Below are positions 38,253 to 46,753 of a DNA stretch of 64,000 nt, piece by piece; the first letter of the stretch is position 1, and every line of letters begins with the position of its first letter. Where the stretch lies: assembly GCA_964402035.1 (NCBI GenBank), contig CAYOAM010000001.1:24261-88260 (forward strand), written 5' to 3'. The position numbers and the translations under genes are program-made. The DNA is from an uncultured Candidatus Saccharibacteria bacterium. Its GTDB lineage: Bacteria > Patescibacteriota > Minisyncoccia > Phycocordibacterales > UBA918. The notes beneath the pieces are model-generated. The model was not told the DNA's origin and did not search any database. It saw nothing but the letters and a program-made list of their open reading frames with translations.

Positions 38253-38477
38253 ATGGCAAATACAAACCTCAATGATCTCGGCGTATTTCTGAATACTGAT
38301 ATCGGCTTATGGCTAGTCGTCGCAGCAACTTCGTTAGTCATGGACCGATTTTTTTCCTCCATTTCCAAAAAAAATGACGAAGAGGAAATGGAAAGGGTTC
38401 GAGATATGCGCAAGTACGGACTAACAGTTGTCGGCGGATTCGGGGCAGCCGTGCTGATTAAGCAACTGTTCATGTAA
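38253..38477 (+). CDS. small two-TM membrane protein (74 aa)
   Basis: Consensus promoter and SD upstream. Two hydrophobic helices. Confidence 0.45.
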   Translation: MANTNLNDLGVFLNTDIGLWLVVAATSLVMDRFFSSISKKNDEEEMERVRDMRKYGLTVVGGFGAAVLIKQLFM

Positions 38478-38704
38478 TTGGTAGGGCTCTATACGTAGAG
38501 CTCTAGACTTCCATGGACGAAGGCGGTGCAGCAATGCATCGCCTTTTCTTTTGCAAAAAAATTAAAGCTATCTCACAACATAAAAGGCGTCTCATGTGAT
38601 GCTTTTTATGTTGGGCGCACCGAACTGGAGGCGGTTCGGACTTTTTGTGTTGCAAATACCTTGTCTTAGAGTTGAATAGTTAAAGTGGTATAATGGCCTG
38701 TTGT

Positions 38705-39541
38705 ATGGAAAGCATTCATTTTCTAAACGGTAAATTTGTTTCGGAGAAGGAGCTTCTCATTTCTCCGCGTGATCTTGGGTATTCTCGGGGATATGCAGTG
38801 TTTGACTTTCTAAGAACGTACCAGCAGAGACCTTTTCTGCTTCAGAAGCATATAGACCGACTATTCCGCTCAGCTGAGACTCTAGCACTCACAATCCCAT
38901 GGTCTAAAGAACAGGTTTGTGAATGGGTTTCTGAAACGCTCGAAGCGAACAAAAGCATCAATACTGAAAACGTAGCGCGAATAATTATCTCTGGCGGCTC
39001 GTCAACCACACTTGTTCCACCGCGCCTTCCGACTATAGTAATTACAGTTGATGCCGTAATTGGTTGCCCCCCGGAAGAATACAAACACGGAGTCGAGATA
39101 CGTTTAGTCGAATTTCAGCGATATCGTCCGGAAGCAAAGACAAATAACTATATCGAAGCAGTTATGACACTTAAAGCACTCGCCACACAAAACATTCATG
39201 AGGTCATATATTATTCAGATGGCATGGTACGGGAAGGTACCCGATCAAATATTTTTGCTCTCATAAATGGAAGACTTCTTACTCCTAAGACTCTGGTCTT
39301 GGGAGGGATAACTCGCGAAGCATTGCTTGATATTCTAAAGCTGTCAGTACCATTAGAGGTTGAAGATTTCTCAGTTGCCGCCCTGCGTTCAGCATCTGAA
39401 GTATTTATTACGGCGACTGGCAAAGAAGTGATGCCAGTTACTAAGATAGATGGCGTTATCGTTGGAGACGGCAAAGTCGGTTCTTTAACTAATGAGGTAA
39501 TGAGACAACATCAATCCTTTATCGACTCAGGTCTTTGGTGA
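38705..39541 (+). CDS. class IV PLP aminotransferase (branched-chain / D-amino-acid aminotransferase family)
   Basis: FLNGKFV...GYAVFDFLRTY...RLFRSAETLAL...IISGGSS fits the fold-type IV pattern. An extended -10 (tggtataat) lies at 38682-38690. The start is 38693 or 38705. Confidence 0.6.
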   Translation: MESIHFLNGKFVSEKELLISPRDLGYSRGYAVFDFLRTYQQRPFLLQKHIDRLFRSAETLALTIPWSKEQVCEWVSETLEANKSINTENVARIIISGGSSTTLVPPRLPTIVITVDAVIGCPPEEYKHGVEIRLVEFQRYRPEAKTNNYIEAVMTLKALATQNIHEVIYYSDGMVREGTRSNIFALINGRLLTPKTLVLGGITREALLDILKLSVPLEVEDFSVAALRSASEVFITATGKEVMPVTKIDGVIVGDGKVGSLTNEVMRQHQSFIDSGLW

Positions 39542-39544
39542 TAT

Positions 39545-40384
39545 TTAACTCCAAAGAGACAGGGTGTCATCCTTGAGAGTCATGAAAGAATTAAAAGTGA
39601 GTCGGATTTGGCTAGAACGAATCGAGTCTATTTGGTGAAAGTTTCGAGTTCGAAAGATAATCAAGTCACCAGAAGCGGGGAAGACTCTGGTTGGTTTCTC
39701 GTTTTCAAGGAAGGTCGGATCAAATCCATTAGGACCTTTTTCAAGGATGTCTTTATTATAGACTTCGTCTTCAGAAACCCATGGATGATTATAAATATTA
39801 AGTTCCCCCCCGGCATTTGGCATTTGGAGGTATAACACTAAACCGAATTGTTCCTCAGACTCTGCTACTTTCCATCCAGGGAGCTGGACGGGGGCATAAT
39901 CAAAGTGCAGGGTACTCTTGGCACCCATAGCACGAATAAGTCCAGTAAAGTACTGAGCTTGATTCATGCTCGGTTCCTGCGCTATTGTTATTTTGTAATC
40001 TGCGGAAAACGTACCAATTATTTTTTGGATTGGATCTGGCACTCCGTGAAATATCTTCTCTAGAGTAGCGGTAGCCTCGGCGACACGTGAGAAATATAGT
40101 GCTTTGCCGTTCTCTTTGGAGTGATATTCTGTTGCGCTTATTCCAATGCGGCCCTGTTTATTTTCTGAATTTACATACCAAGCGATGCTTTGTCTATCGA
40201 TGTTCTTATCGATGACAGCGAGTTCAACTGGATGATAAAAATTCGTCACCTTAACGGCAGCAATCTGGTTTGAGGACAATAGTGGTAGCATTTTACGTGG
40301 CTCAAAGTTCTCCCCGTATGCAGTCGTCTTAATCTCCCAGTCGTTATTGTATTGCATTGTTGTGTATCCTATCACGGAATGCAT
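39545..40384 (-). CDS. putative 2-oxoglutarate/Fe(II)-dependent oxygenase
   Basis: Candidate H-x-D...H facial triad (LHFDY ... NIYNHPW) and downstream R..S (FHQIDSIRSS). Weak; based on the motif only. Confidence 0.35.
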   Translation of the reverse strand: MHSVIGYTTMQYNNDWEIKTTAYGENFEPRKMLPLLSSNQIAAVKVTNFYHPVELAVIDKNIDRQSIAWYVNSENKQGRIGISATEYHSKENGKALYFSRVAEATATLEKIFHGVPDPIQKIIGTFSADYKITIAQEPSMNQAQYFTGLIRAMGAKSTLHFDYAPVQLPGWKVAESEEQFGLVLYLQMPNAGGELNIYNHPWVSEDEVYNKDILEKGPNGFDPTFLENEKPTRVFPASGDLIIFRTRNFHQIDSIRSSQIRLTFNSFMTLKDDTLSLWS

Positions 40385-40413
40385 TTAGCTTGCCGCATGG
40401 TACTATCTTCGTC

Positions 40414-41868
40414 ATGGATCGGGTGAATATCTTGGTTATAGGAGTGGGTCCTCATGCCCAGAGGATTTATGTCCCGAAACTTGCAGGACTTGCCAGTAAG
40501 GGTGTACCTGTGCACCTGGCAGGTGTTGTTGACCTAAAGAGGCAACAGGGAGAGATCGACCAATACTTAAAGGAGAAAGGATATTCCCCAAAAACACTGT
40601 ATCTGGATTCATTTGATGAGACGACAGGAATGCCTTCGAGTATTCTAGCCATACTCAATGCTTTTGTTAAAGATTTGAATATACAAGGTGTTGTTATTTC
40701 AACGGTACCAACCGTCCATAAAGTTTATGGGCAGTGGGCTTTGTCACACGGCTTACACATTCTCATGGATAAGCCAATTTCTATGAGGAAAGGCATCAGC
40801 ACTGATGTATCTCAGGCTGCTGCTTTGATAAAAGACTATGAAGATTTGTTAGTGTTATACCAAGAGAAACAGAGTACTCACAATACAGCCTTCTCAATTA
40901 ATGTACAGCGCAGATACGAATACGGGTTTGATCTTGTAAAACAACTAATTGCAGAAACAAAGGAACGGTTTAATATGCCCGTTACTTCTATTCAGGCAAT
41001 GCACGCGGATGGTACGTGGATGTTTCCCAAAGAAGTACTGACTCAAGAATCCCACTGCCTTTTCGATGGCTACGGGAAAGTTGCCCATAGCGGATATCAC
41101 ATATTTGATATGGTATGGCAACTATACAATGCAGGGCTTGTTGAAGAAAAGAAACCTGATTCGCTGGAAATCTTGTCTTCACCACTAACACCAGCTGGTC
41201 TCAACATTGATTTGTGTGAAGACGATTATCGACATTATTTTGGGTCGGAGTATGACGCAACCACCTTTTCTGAGGCAGAATTCCAAGAAAAGGTTAAGAA
41301 CTATGGTGAATCGGATTCGTTTAATATTATCAGGCACTTAAAAAACGGCGAGAATATTTGTAATGTTTCCATTAATTTACTCCACAGAAGCTTCTCTGGA
41401 CGCTCATGGGCAGTGCCAAACACAGACAGGTATAAGGGAAATGGCCGGATCAAACATCAACATTTTATAATCCAGCAGGGGCCATTTCAGTGCATTCAGA
41501 TTCACAACTATCAATCCAAAGATTCTCACGATATCGATAACTCCCAAGAGTTTGATATCGGAGGAAACAACCATTTTGATATATATGTTTTCCGCAACAA
41601 AGGAATGTTTGGATCAGGTGAGTCTTTTTTTAAGATCTCTGCCAAGGATCTTGAAGACAAAAAACGAGAGAGCGGTCTAATCGTTGAGAATGCAAAAGAA
41701 CGAGTCATTATTGAGTTTATAGATTTTATGCTAGGTAGGATTAATAAAAGTGAGTTAAAATCAAATATTGATACACACAGCATACCCGTTAAGATGATGA
41801 GTGGAGTGTGTCAATCGGGCGCGCGTCTTCGGAAGGGAGATAATCCTCTAATACACATTTCCATATGA
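40414..41868 (+). CDS. NAD(P)-binding oxidoreductase (Gfo/Idh/MocA-like N-terminus) with a long C-terminal extension
   Basis: ILVIGVGPHAQRIYVPKLAG Rossmann GxGxxA motif at the N-terminus. 484 aa. The ORF is open from 40357 and overlaps the convergent gene; the ATG at 40414 is the likely start. Confidence 0.4.
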   Translation: MDRVNILVIGVGPHAQRIYVPKLAGLASKGVPVHLAGVVDLKRQQGEIDQYLKEKGYSPKTLYLDSFDETTGMPSSILAILNAFVKDLNIQGVVISTVPTVHKVYGQWALSHGLHILMDKPISMRKGISTDVSQAAALIKDYEDLLVLYQEKQSTHNTAFSINVQRRYEYGFDLVKQLIAETKERFNMPVTSIQAMHADGTWMFPKEVLTQESHCLFDGYGKVAHSGYHIFDMVWQLYNAGLVEEKKPDSLEILSSPLTPAGLNIDLCEDDYRHYFGSEYDATTFSEAEFQEKVKNYGESDSFNIIRHLKNGENICNVSINLLHRSFSGRSWAVPNTDRYKGNGRIKHQHFIIQQGPFQCIQIHNYQSKDSHDIDNSQEFDIGGNNHFDIYVFRNKGMFGSGESFFKISAKDLEDKKRESGLIVENAKERVIIEFIDFMLGRINKSELKSNIDTHSIPVKMMSGVCQSGARLRKGDNPLIHISI

Positions 41869-42491
41869 TAGGCTCAATTTATTTAATCGGAGGTGGTGAA
41901 ATCAGAAAGGGTGAAACTGTAGAAATTGACAATGAGTTAAAAGAAATTTGTCCCGCAAATTCAACCTTTGTTTTTTTTGGTACAGCGGCAGGGGATAGTC
42001 CAGAGTATATTCATACAATTGAGTCAATCTTTAAAAGCAATTTTAAAATCATCGCACCAACAGAAAAGGATGGTCCTGAATTTGCACTGTCTGCTATAAA
42101 ATCCGCATCAATCATTTATCTTGGTGGTGGCACGACCAAATTACTGTTAGATCTTTTTGAAAAGTGGGAGCTTGTCCAACCACTTCGTGAAGCATTAAAT
42201 CGAGATGTTCATCTTGTAGGAATGAGTGCGGGTGCACTAGCTCTTTCTACTTGGTATCTTCACGAAGAAGGAGATTCTATGGAATTACGACGCGGATGGG
42301 GTTTTGCTTCAGTCTGTACACTTGTACACGCGCAAAAAGACTCTTCTGCTCGGGCACAAATAATCTGGAAAGGTAATAAAGATGCGCATGCAACCCCTCT
42401 TATTGCAATTGGTGAAGGTGCCGCATGGCGTATAAGCTCTCACGATACTCAGAAAGTTGGAAGTGGTGAAATAAAGTATATCCAGCACTAG
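41865..42491 (+). CDS. peptidase S51 family (dipeptidase E / cyanophycinase-like)
   Basis: IYLIGGGE, IYLGGGTTKLLLDLFEKWEL and HLVGMSAGALA (the nucleophile Ser in GxSAG) match the S51 pattern. Confidence 0.55.
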   Translation: MIGSIYLIGGGEIRKGETVEIDNELKEICPANSTFVFFGTAAGDSPEYIHTIESIFKSNFKIIAPTEKDGPEFALSAIKSASIIYLGGGTTKLLLDLFEKWELVQPLREALNRDVHLVGMSAGALALSTWYLHEEGDSMELRRGWGFASVCTLVHAQKDSSARAQIIWKGNKDAHATPLIAIGEGAAWRISSHDTQKVGSGEIKYIQH

Positions 42492-42636
42492 TTTATTGAA
42501 AGCAAAGGCAACTTCAGTGAAGTATGTACTGTGGTAGTCATCCTGGCCTGACAATATCGACAGGAGACAGTATTTGTGGTATTAAAATCAAGTGTTTTGT
42601 TTTTTGTCATCGTAATTAAACTTATGGAGGTATCGC

Positions 42637-43758
42637 GTGATCACTACTCTGAAAGAGAAGTTCCTCGTTTATCATCGAGTTCGGGGATTTGGTATCTATG
42701 AATCCTTTCCATTGGTGATCAGTGATCCTACGATTCTGTTTACCAATGCCACCATAACCCCTTTCAAACCCATGTTCATGGGAGTGGAGAAGAGGGTAAA
42801 CTATGCCCTCGTGCAGAAATGTTTGCGTTTGGGTGGTGCGAGTGGGAATCTTGATACTCCACGAACAAACCCAAACTTCACTTCCTTGTTCGAAATGCTT
42901 GGAAGTGGATTGTTTGATGTCAGTCAAGATGTTGCCGTTGCTTATTTCGTTGAAGTGTTAGCTTCACTGGGTCTTCGGAGAGAAAATCTTTTGTTTACCA
43001 CCCTTGCCAACCTTGGCTTTGAACTAGCCTTGGAGCGAGCAGGGATTCGTTTGCAGCAAATCAGGGTCTTCGCTGATGCAAAGGATATCGTGCATGAATG
43101 GAGTTTTGGAGAAGGTGACCTGCATGGGTGTGGAGTAGTAGCTTGGCATGTCCCAGAAGGCTACCAGAAATCCACGTCCGACAGTGTCTTACAGGAACTT
43201 TCCCACTTCGTTCAAATCGGAAGGATAGTTCACATCGTTGGTGTTGCACGCGGGGCATCGGTGGAGACGTTCCCGTACGCTGCATACGACTTGGGGCTCG
43301 GATTGAGTCGGGTCGAACTGGCTCTCAGTGGGAATTGTGAGGTCTTCCTGCGTCCGTGGAGGGTGTTCGCAGCCCATTTTCAGGCAGTCATTGCCGGGTT
43401 GGGTAAGACGGATGCACACTACCTCGCCAATCTCTACCGGATAGTCGTTGAGCTTGTTGGTGAAGGGCTCTTGCCCGGAACAAAGAAGCAAGCCTATGCT
43501 CTCAGAAAGGTGATTCGATTGCTTATCGAGGAGATTTGGATGAAGTCAGGTACGCTCGTGGATATACCCACCGTGCTGACTGCTTCTGTCAGTACATCTC
43601 CTTCCCCAGATCTTCTCATAAGCATTTTTTCTCAAGAGGAGAAGGCTTTACGAGCAGTACTTTCTGTTGCTGCAAAAAAGCAGAGAGAGCATCCTGACAT
43701 GAGTCTAGAGGAGCTGCGTTCGACGTTCGGAATTCGTCCAAGCCTGCTCAGGCTCTAA
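42637..43758 (+). CDS. alanyl-tRNA synthetase catalytic-core homolog (373 aa; class II AlaRS aminoacylation domain only)
   Basis: DPTILFTNATITPFKPMF, QKCLRLGGASGNLD and SLFEMLGSGLFD align with the E. coli AlaRS segments DPTLLFTNAGMNQFKDVF, QRCVRAGGKHNDLE and TFFEMLGNFSFGDY. GLGLSRVELAL aligns with motif 3 (GMGLERIAAVL). The editing and C-terminal domains are absent. Confidence 0.65.
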   Translation: MITTLKEKFLVYHRVRGFGIYESFPLVISDPTILFTNATITPFKPMFMGVEKRVNYALVQKCLRLGGASGNLDTPRTNPNFTSLFEMLGSGLFDVSQDVAVAYFVEVLASLGLRRENLLFTTLANLGFELALERAGIRLQQIRVFADAKDIVHEWSFGEGDLHGCGVVAWHVPEGYQKSTSDSVLQELSHFVQIGRIVHIVGVARGASVETFPYAAYDLGLGLSRVELALSGNCEVFLRPWRVFAAHFQAVIAGLGKTDAHYLANLYRIVVELVGEGLLPGTKKQAYALRKVIRLLIEEIWMKSGTLVDIPTVLTASVSTSPSPDLLISIFSQEEKALRAVLSVAAKKQREHPDMSLEELRSTFGIRPSLLRL

Positions 43759-43924
43759 AGGATTGGTGTAAACCTAGACTCACTTTGAGTAAATGGCCCG
43801 GGATCACGAAAGTGTTTTTTGGGCCATATTTTTTTATATAGTGGATTTCAGGTGCCAAATTTAGATGATCTAATAAACAATAAATAAAAAATTAGACCTG
43901 AACCAAGATGTCTAACTCAATTGC

Positions 43925-43969
43925 GCCTCTACGAAAATAACCCCATCAACTGGGGTTATTTTCAAAAAG
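43925..43969 (-). terminator. hairpin following tRNA-Tyr (gaaaataacccc-atcaact-ggggttattttc)
   Basis: It differs from the cacaaaag-type hairpin that follows other tRNAs. It lies inside the putative island end. Confidence 0.5.
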
Positions 43970-44053
43970 TGCGCCGGGTAGGATTTGAACCTACGAAGCC
44001 CTGAGGGCGACAGATTTACAGTCTGTTGCGATTGACCACTCCGCCACCGACGC
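43970..44053 (-). tRNA. tRNA-Tyr (anticodon GUA), type II with a long variable arm
   Basis: Manual cloverleaf. Acceptor GCGTCGG/CCGGCGC (one G-U pair), anticodon stem ACAGA/TCTGT with loop CTGTAAA, variable arm hairpin GCCC-TCA-GGGC, T-arm GTAGGTTCAAATCCTAC. Confidence 0.75.
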
Positions 44054-44261
44054 ATGTTGTTCAGGATAACTCTTCCGATCTCGTATGTCATCTATTCGCT
44101 TTCGCTCATAACGATGGCATAGTCTTTGAAATTAAGACAAGCAGTTGTCTTAATTTCTGCCACCGACGCGCGATCTATACCGTATCACAGGTTTTTGAGT
44201 GTGGGAAGTGTGGTAAACGTCCATGCGGTCTTCGTGAGGGTGGTATCATTGAAGGAATGCC

Positions 44262-45089
44262 ATGATGTTCCGGATTTTATACAGCAGCACAATTTTATTT
44301 TTTGTTCCTGTTGCATATGCTGCTGCAAAGATTGTTCCTAATTGCCCAGTAAATGGCTGTCGAGCTTGCGATCTTGTGATATTGGGCAACAACCTTATAA
44401 CATTTCTTATTGGCATTGGGATTTTTGTTGCTGTGATCTCTATCGCCATCACAGCATTTCAAACAATAATAAGTGGTGAAAGTGGGGCACACGCATTGGG
44501 GAGCACAGCTACGAATATCGTCATCGGGATTATTATCATGCTTGCAGGGTGGCTGATTGTGGATACACTTTTGAAATTGTTGGTTGCTCCGGGCAAACTT
44601 GGACCGTGGAATGAAATTGAGTGTATTGAGAATCCTGGTATTGAGGAAGATCCAACTGTGGCGACAAAGCCGGGACGTATCGCATATGTTGCCGGTGGCG
44701 GTAAGGGATCGGGCGCACAATGTGGCGCAGGAAACACGGCTTGTAGTCCTGAGGCCTTGCAGGCACTTGGTATGACTCCTGCACAAGCCAATACGATGTC
44801 CTGTATTGCTATGACAGAGAGTGGTGGTTCCCCAAACGCCGTCAATAAAAATGGGGGAGCGTGCGGCACGTTCCAAATTCTTCCAAGTAATTGGAGAAAT
44901 GCTTCGCTTCATAAGGGGAGCTGTAATTCTGATGTCTCCTGTAATGACGCAACATGCAATGCGCAGGCGGCACAGTCGCTCATGGCTGGTCGCATCAAGG
45001 CAGGTAAGTCTGCGTATGGAGACTGGACGTGCCCGGGATGCAATAATAAAGCGCAGGCATGTGTCGATAAATACAATCCGGGAGGATAA
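44262..45089 (+). CDS. fusion protein: pilin-like N-terminus (CxxC + two TM helices) and C-terminal lytic-transglycosylase (SLT)-like domain
   Basis: Signal peptide, NCPVNGCRACDLVILGNNLITFL, two hydrophobic helices, then MTESGGSPNAVNKNGGACGTFQILPSNW (the SLT catalytic E-S ... GAxGxxQ pattern). Cys-rich tail. Confidence 0.5.
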   Translation: MMFRILYSSTILFFVPVAYAAAKIVPNCPVNGCRACDLVILGNNLITFLIGIGIFVAVISIAITAFQTIISGESGAHALGSTATNIVIGIIIMLAGWLIVDTLLKLLVAPGKLGPWNEIECIENPGIEEDPTVATKPGRIAYVAGGGKGSGAQCGAGNTACSPEALQALGMTPAQANTMSCIAMTESGGSPNAVNKNGGACGTFQILPSNWRNASLHKGSCNSDVSCNDATCNAQAAQSLMAGRIKAGKSAYGDWTCPGCNNKAQACVDKYNPGG

Positions 45090-45092
45090 TAT

Positions 45093-45644
45093 ATGATCAA
45101 AAATATTCTAATCATTGTTGCGTTGTGTATTGCACTGGGTCTGGGTACACTCCTTGTCGTGAGGATGTTTTCTGAGGACACGGAGCCAGTCACGGATCCT
45201 GTCGTCAATCCTTTTCCAGTATCTTCCGGAACACCGATCCACACCCCAGAAACTCTCACTATCAGCACTCTTGGTGGTCCGTCAGTGACCGTTCAAAATT
45301 TTATCGACAAAACTACGACCGCTGAAGATCCAGTAAATACCGGATACTATTATCTGGGAAATCATTTTCCCTTTGACGGATCGGTACCAGACGCCTCTGA
45401 GGAAATACCGTTTGTTATTTCATACATTGCATCAACACAATTTTTTAATATTGTGTTGTATGAAGAGCCGCTTGCAACCTCGCGCATGCAGGCAGAACAG
45501 TACCTGAAGCAAACGCTCGGTATCACCGAGCAAGAGATGTGCTCATTGCCGTATTCAGTGAGCGTGCCAAATTTTGTAAGTCCGACGCATGCCGGAGAGA
45601 GTCTCGGTTTTAGTTTTTGTCCGGACAGTGTGCCGCTGCCGTAG
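45093..45644 (+). CDS. hypothetical membrane-anchored protein (183 aa)
   Basis: N-terminal TM, between the two pilin-fusion genes. Confidence 0.4.
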   Translation: MIKNILIIVALCIALGLGTLLVVRMFSEDTEPVTDPVVNPFPVSSGTPIHTPETLTISTLGGPSVTVQNFIDKTTTAEDPVNTGYYYLGNHFPFDGSVPDASEEIPFVISYIASTQFFNIVLYEEPLATSRMQAEQYLKQTLGITEQEMCSLPYSVSVPNFVSPTHAGESLGFSFCPDSVPLP

Positions 45645-45650
45645 TTTATT

Positions 45651-46499
45651 ATGAAGAAATTTTTATTACACAGTTTGGTGCTGCTAGTCCTGCTTTTCCC
45701 AGCGATCAGCGTCGGACAGGAGGACAGTCTTTTTGTCTGCGAGGGTTGGGATTGTCAGGCATGTGATCTTGTTGAACTGGGAAATACGATCATCAATTTT
45801 GTCATCATGATGAGCGTTATTATTGCGACAATTCTTTTAGCGTATGCTGGCTTCCTCATTGTTACAGCACAAGGGGATATGGGCAAAATAAAGCATGCGC
45901 GTGAGATGTTCACGAATATAGTGATCGGTATCATAATCGTGCTTTCCGGGTGGCTCATAGTGAACACTGTCATGAAGCTGCTTGTGGGTGATGATCTACT
46001 GGGCGATGGCCCATGGTATGAAATCGAGTGTGTCGAACAGCCGGCTATCGTCCCTCCATCAACCGTCGCTGATGGTACGACGGTCGTGCCGGGAGGGCCG
46101 TCAGTTCCAGCGCCGTCCGCAGGATGCCCGAACTGCGCAACCATCGTCGCAGATGGTGTAACCTGCAAGGCAGGAGTTAATTGTACCGTTGATGCAGAGT
46201 ATGCAAAAAACTTAGGCCTCCTTGGCAAGGATTTTCCGCTGATCGTGACCGAAGGGTTTCCTCCAAAGGCAAATCATAAGGCCGCATGCCATCGAAATGG
46301 AACATGTCTCGATGTGGTCTTTTCTGATCGCAATTTTAGCGATCAAAACAAGATTAACAATTTTATTTCTGCTGCGGATAGGGCAGGCTATAGGGCGGTG
46401 TATGAACCCAACAAGGGACAGGCATGTCCCCCTGGTATGGGGAAGTCATGTCAGGCAAATGTTGCCAACGGGACTCATTTCTCACTGTATAAGAAATAA
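45651..46499 (+). CDS. fusion protein: pilin-like N-terminus (CxxC + two TM helices) and C-terminal putative peptidase M15-like (cell-wall hydrolase) domain
   Basis: VCEGWDCQACDLVELGNTIINFV, two helices, then IVTEGFPPKANHKAACHRNGTCLDVVF (H...H..G...D, reminiscent of the M15/VanY zinc site). The C-terminal assignment is weak. Confidence 0.4.
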   Translation: MKKFLLHSLVLLVLLFPAISVGQEDSLFVCEGWDCQACDLVELGNTIINFVIMMSVIIATILLAYAGFLIVTAQGDMGKIKHAREMFTNIVIGIIIVLSGWLIVNTVMKLLVGDDLLGDGPWYEIECVEQPAIVPPSTVADGTTVVPGGPSVPAPSAGCPNCATIVADGVTCKAGVNCTVDAEYAKNLGLLGKDFPLIVTEGFPPKANHKAACHRNGTCLDVVFSDRNFSDQNKINNFISAADRAGYRAVYEPNKGQACPPGMGKSCQANVANGTHFSLYKK

Positions 46500-46550
46500 G
46501 GAGCAGCTTCGATTGACTGTTTGATGTCTTTCACATACCATCATCATGTT

Positions 46551-46622
46551 GGGCGATTAGTTTAGTGGTAGAACATAGGTCTCCAAAACCTACGGTGGGG
46601 GTTCGATTCCCTCATCGCCCGC
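46551..46622 (+). tRNA. tRNA-Trp (anticodon CCA)
   Basis: Manual cloverleaf. Acceptor GGGCGAT/ATCGCCC, anticodon stem TAGGT/ACCTA with loop CTCCAAA, T-loop TTCGATT, discriminator G. Confidence 0.75.
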
Positions 46623-46753
46623 AGCGAACGAAGTGAGCGAGGACGATGAGGGAATCGAACCGACAGTGCGGGGCACTGTCGTGCCGAGGGACGAGGTCGA
46701 TTCAAAAATATCATCACCCGTGTCAGGTGTCAGCATGTTAAAATGTATTCATT

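Larger units (their letters stand above)
37972..43969. mobile_element. putative tRNA-Tyr-integrated genomic island (~6.0 kb, no integrase) carrying an amino-acid-modifying enzyme cassette
   Basis: Bounded by the partial tRNA-Tyr 3' copy (37952-37971) and the intact tRNA-Tyr (43970-44053). The interior looks more AT-rich by eye. Gene content is atypical for the surrounding core genome. Confidence 0.5.
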
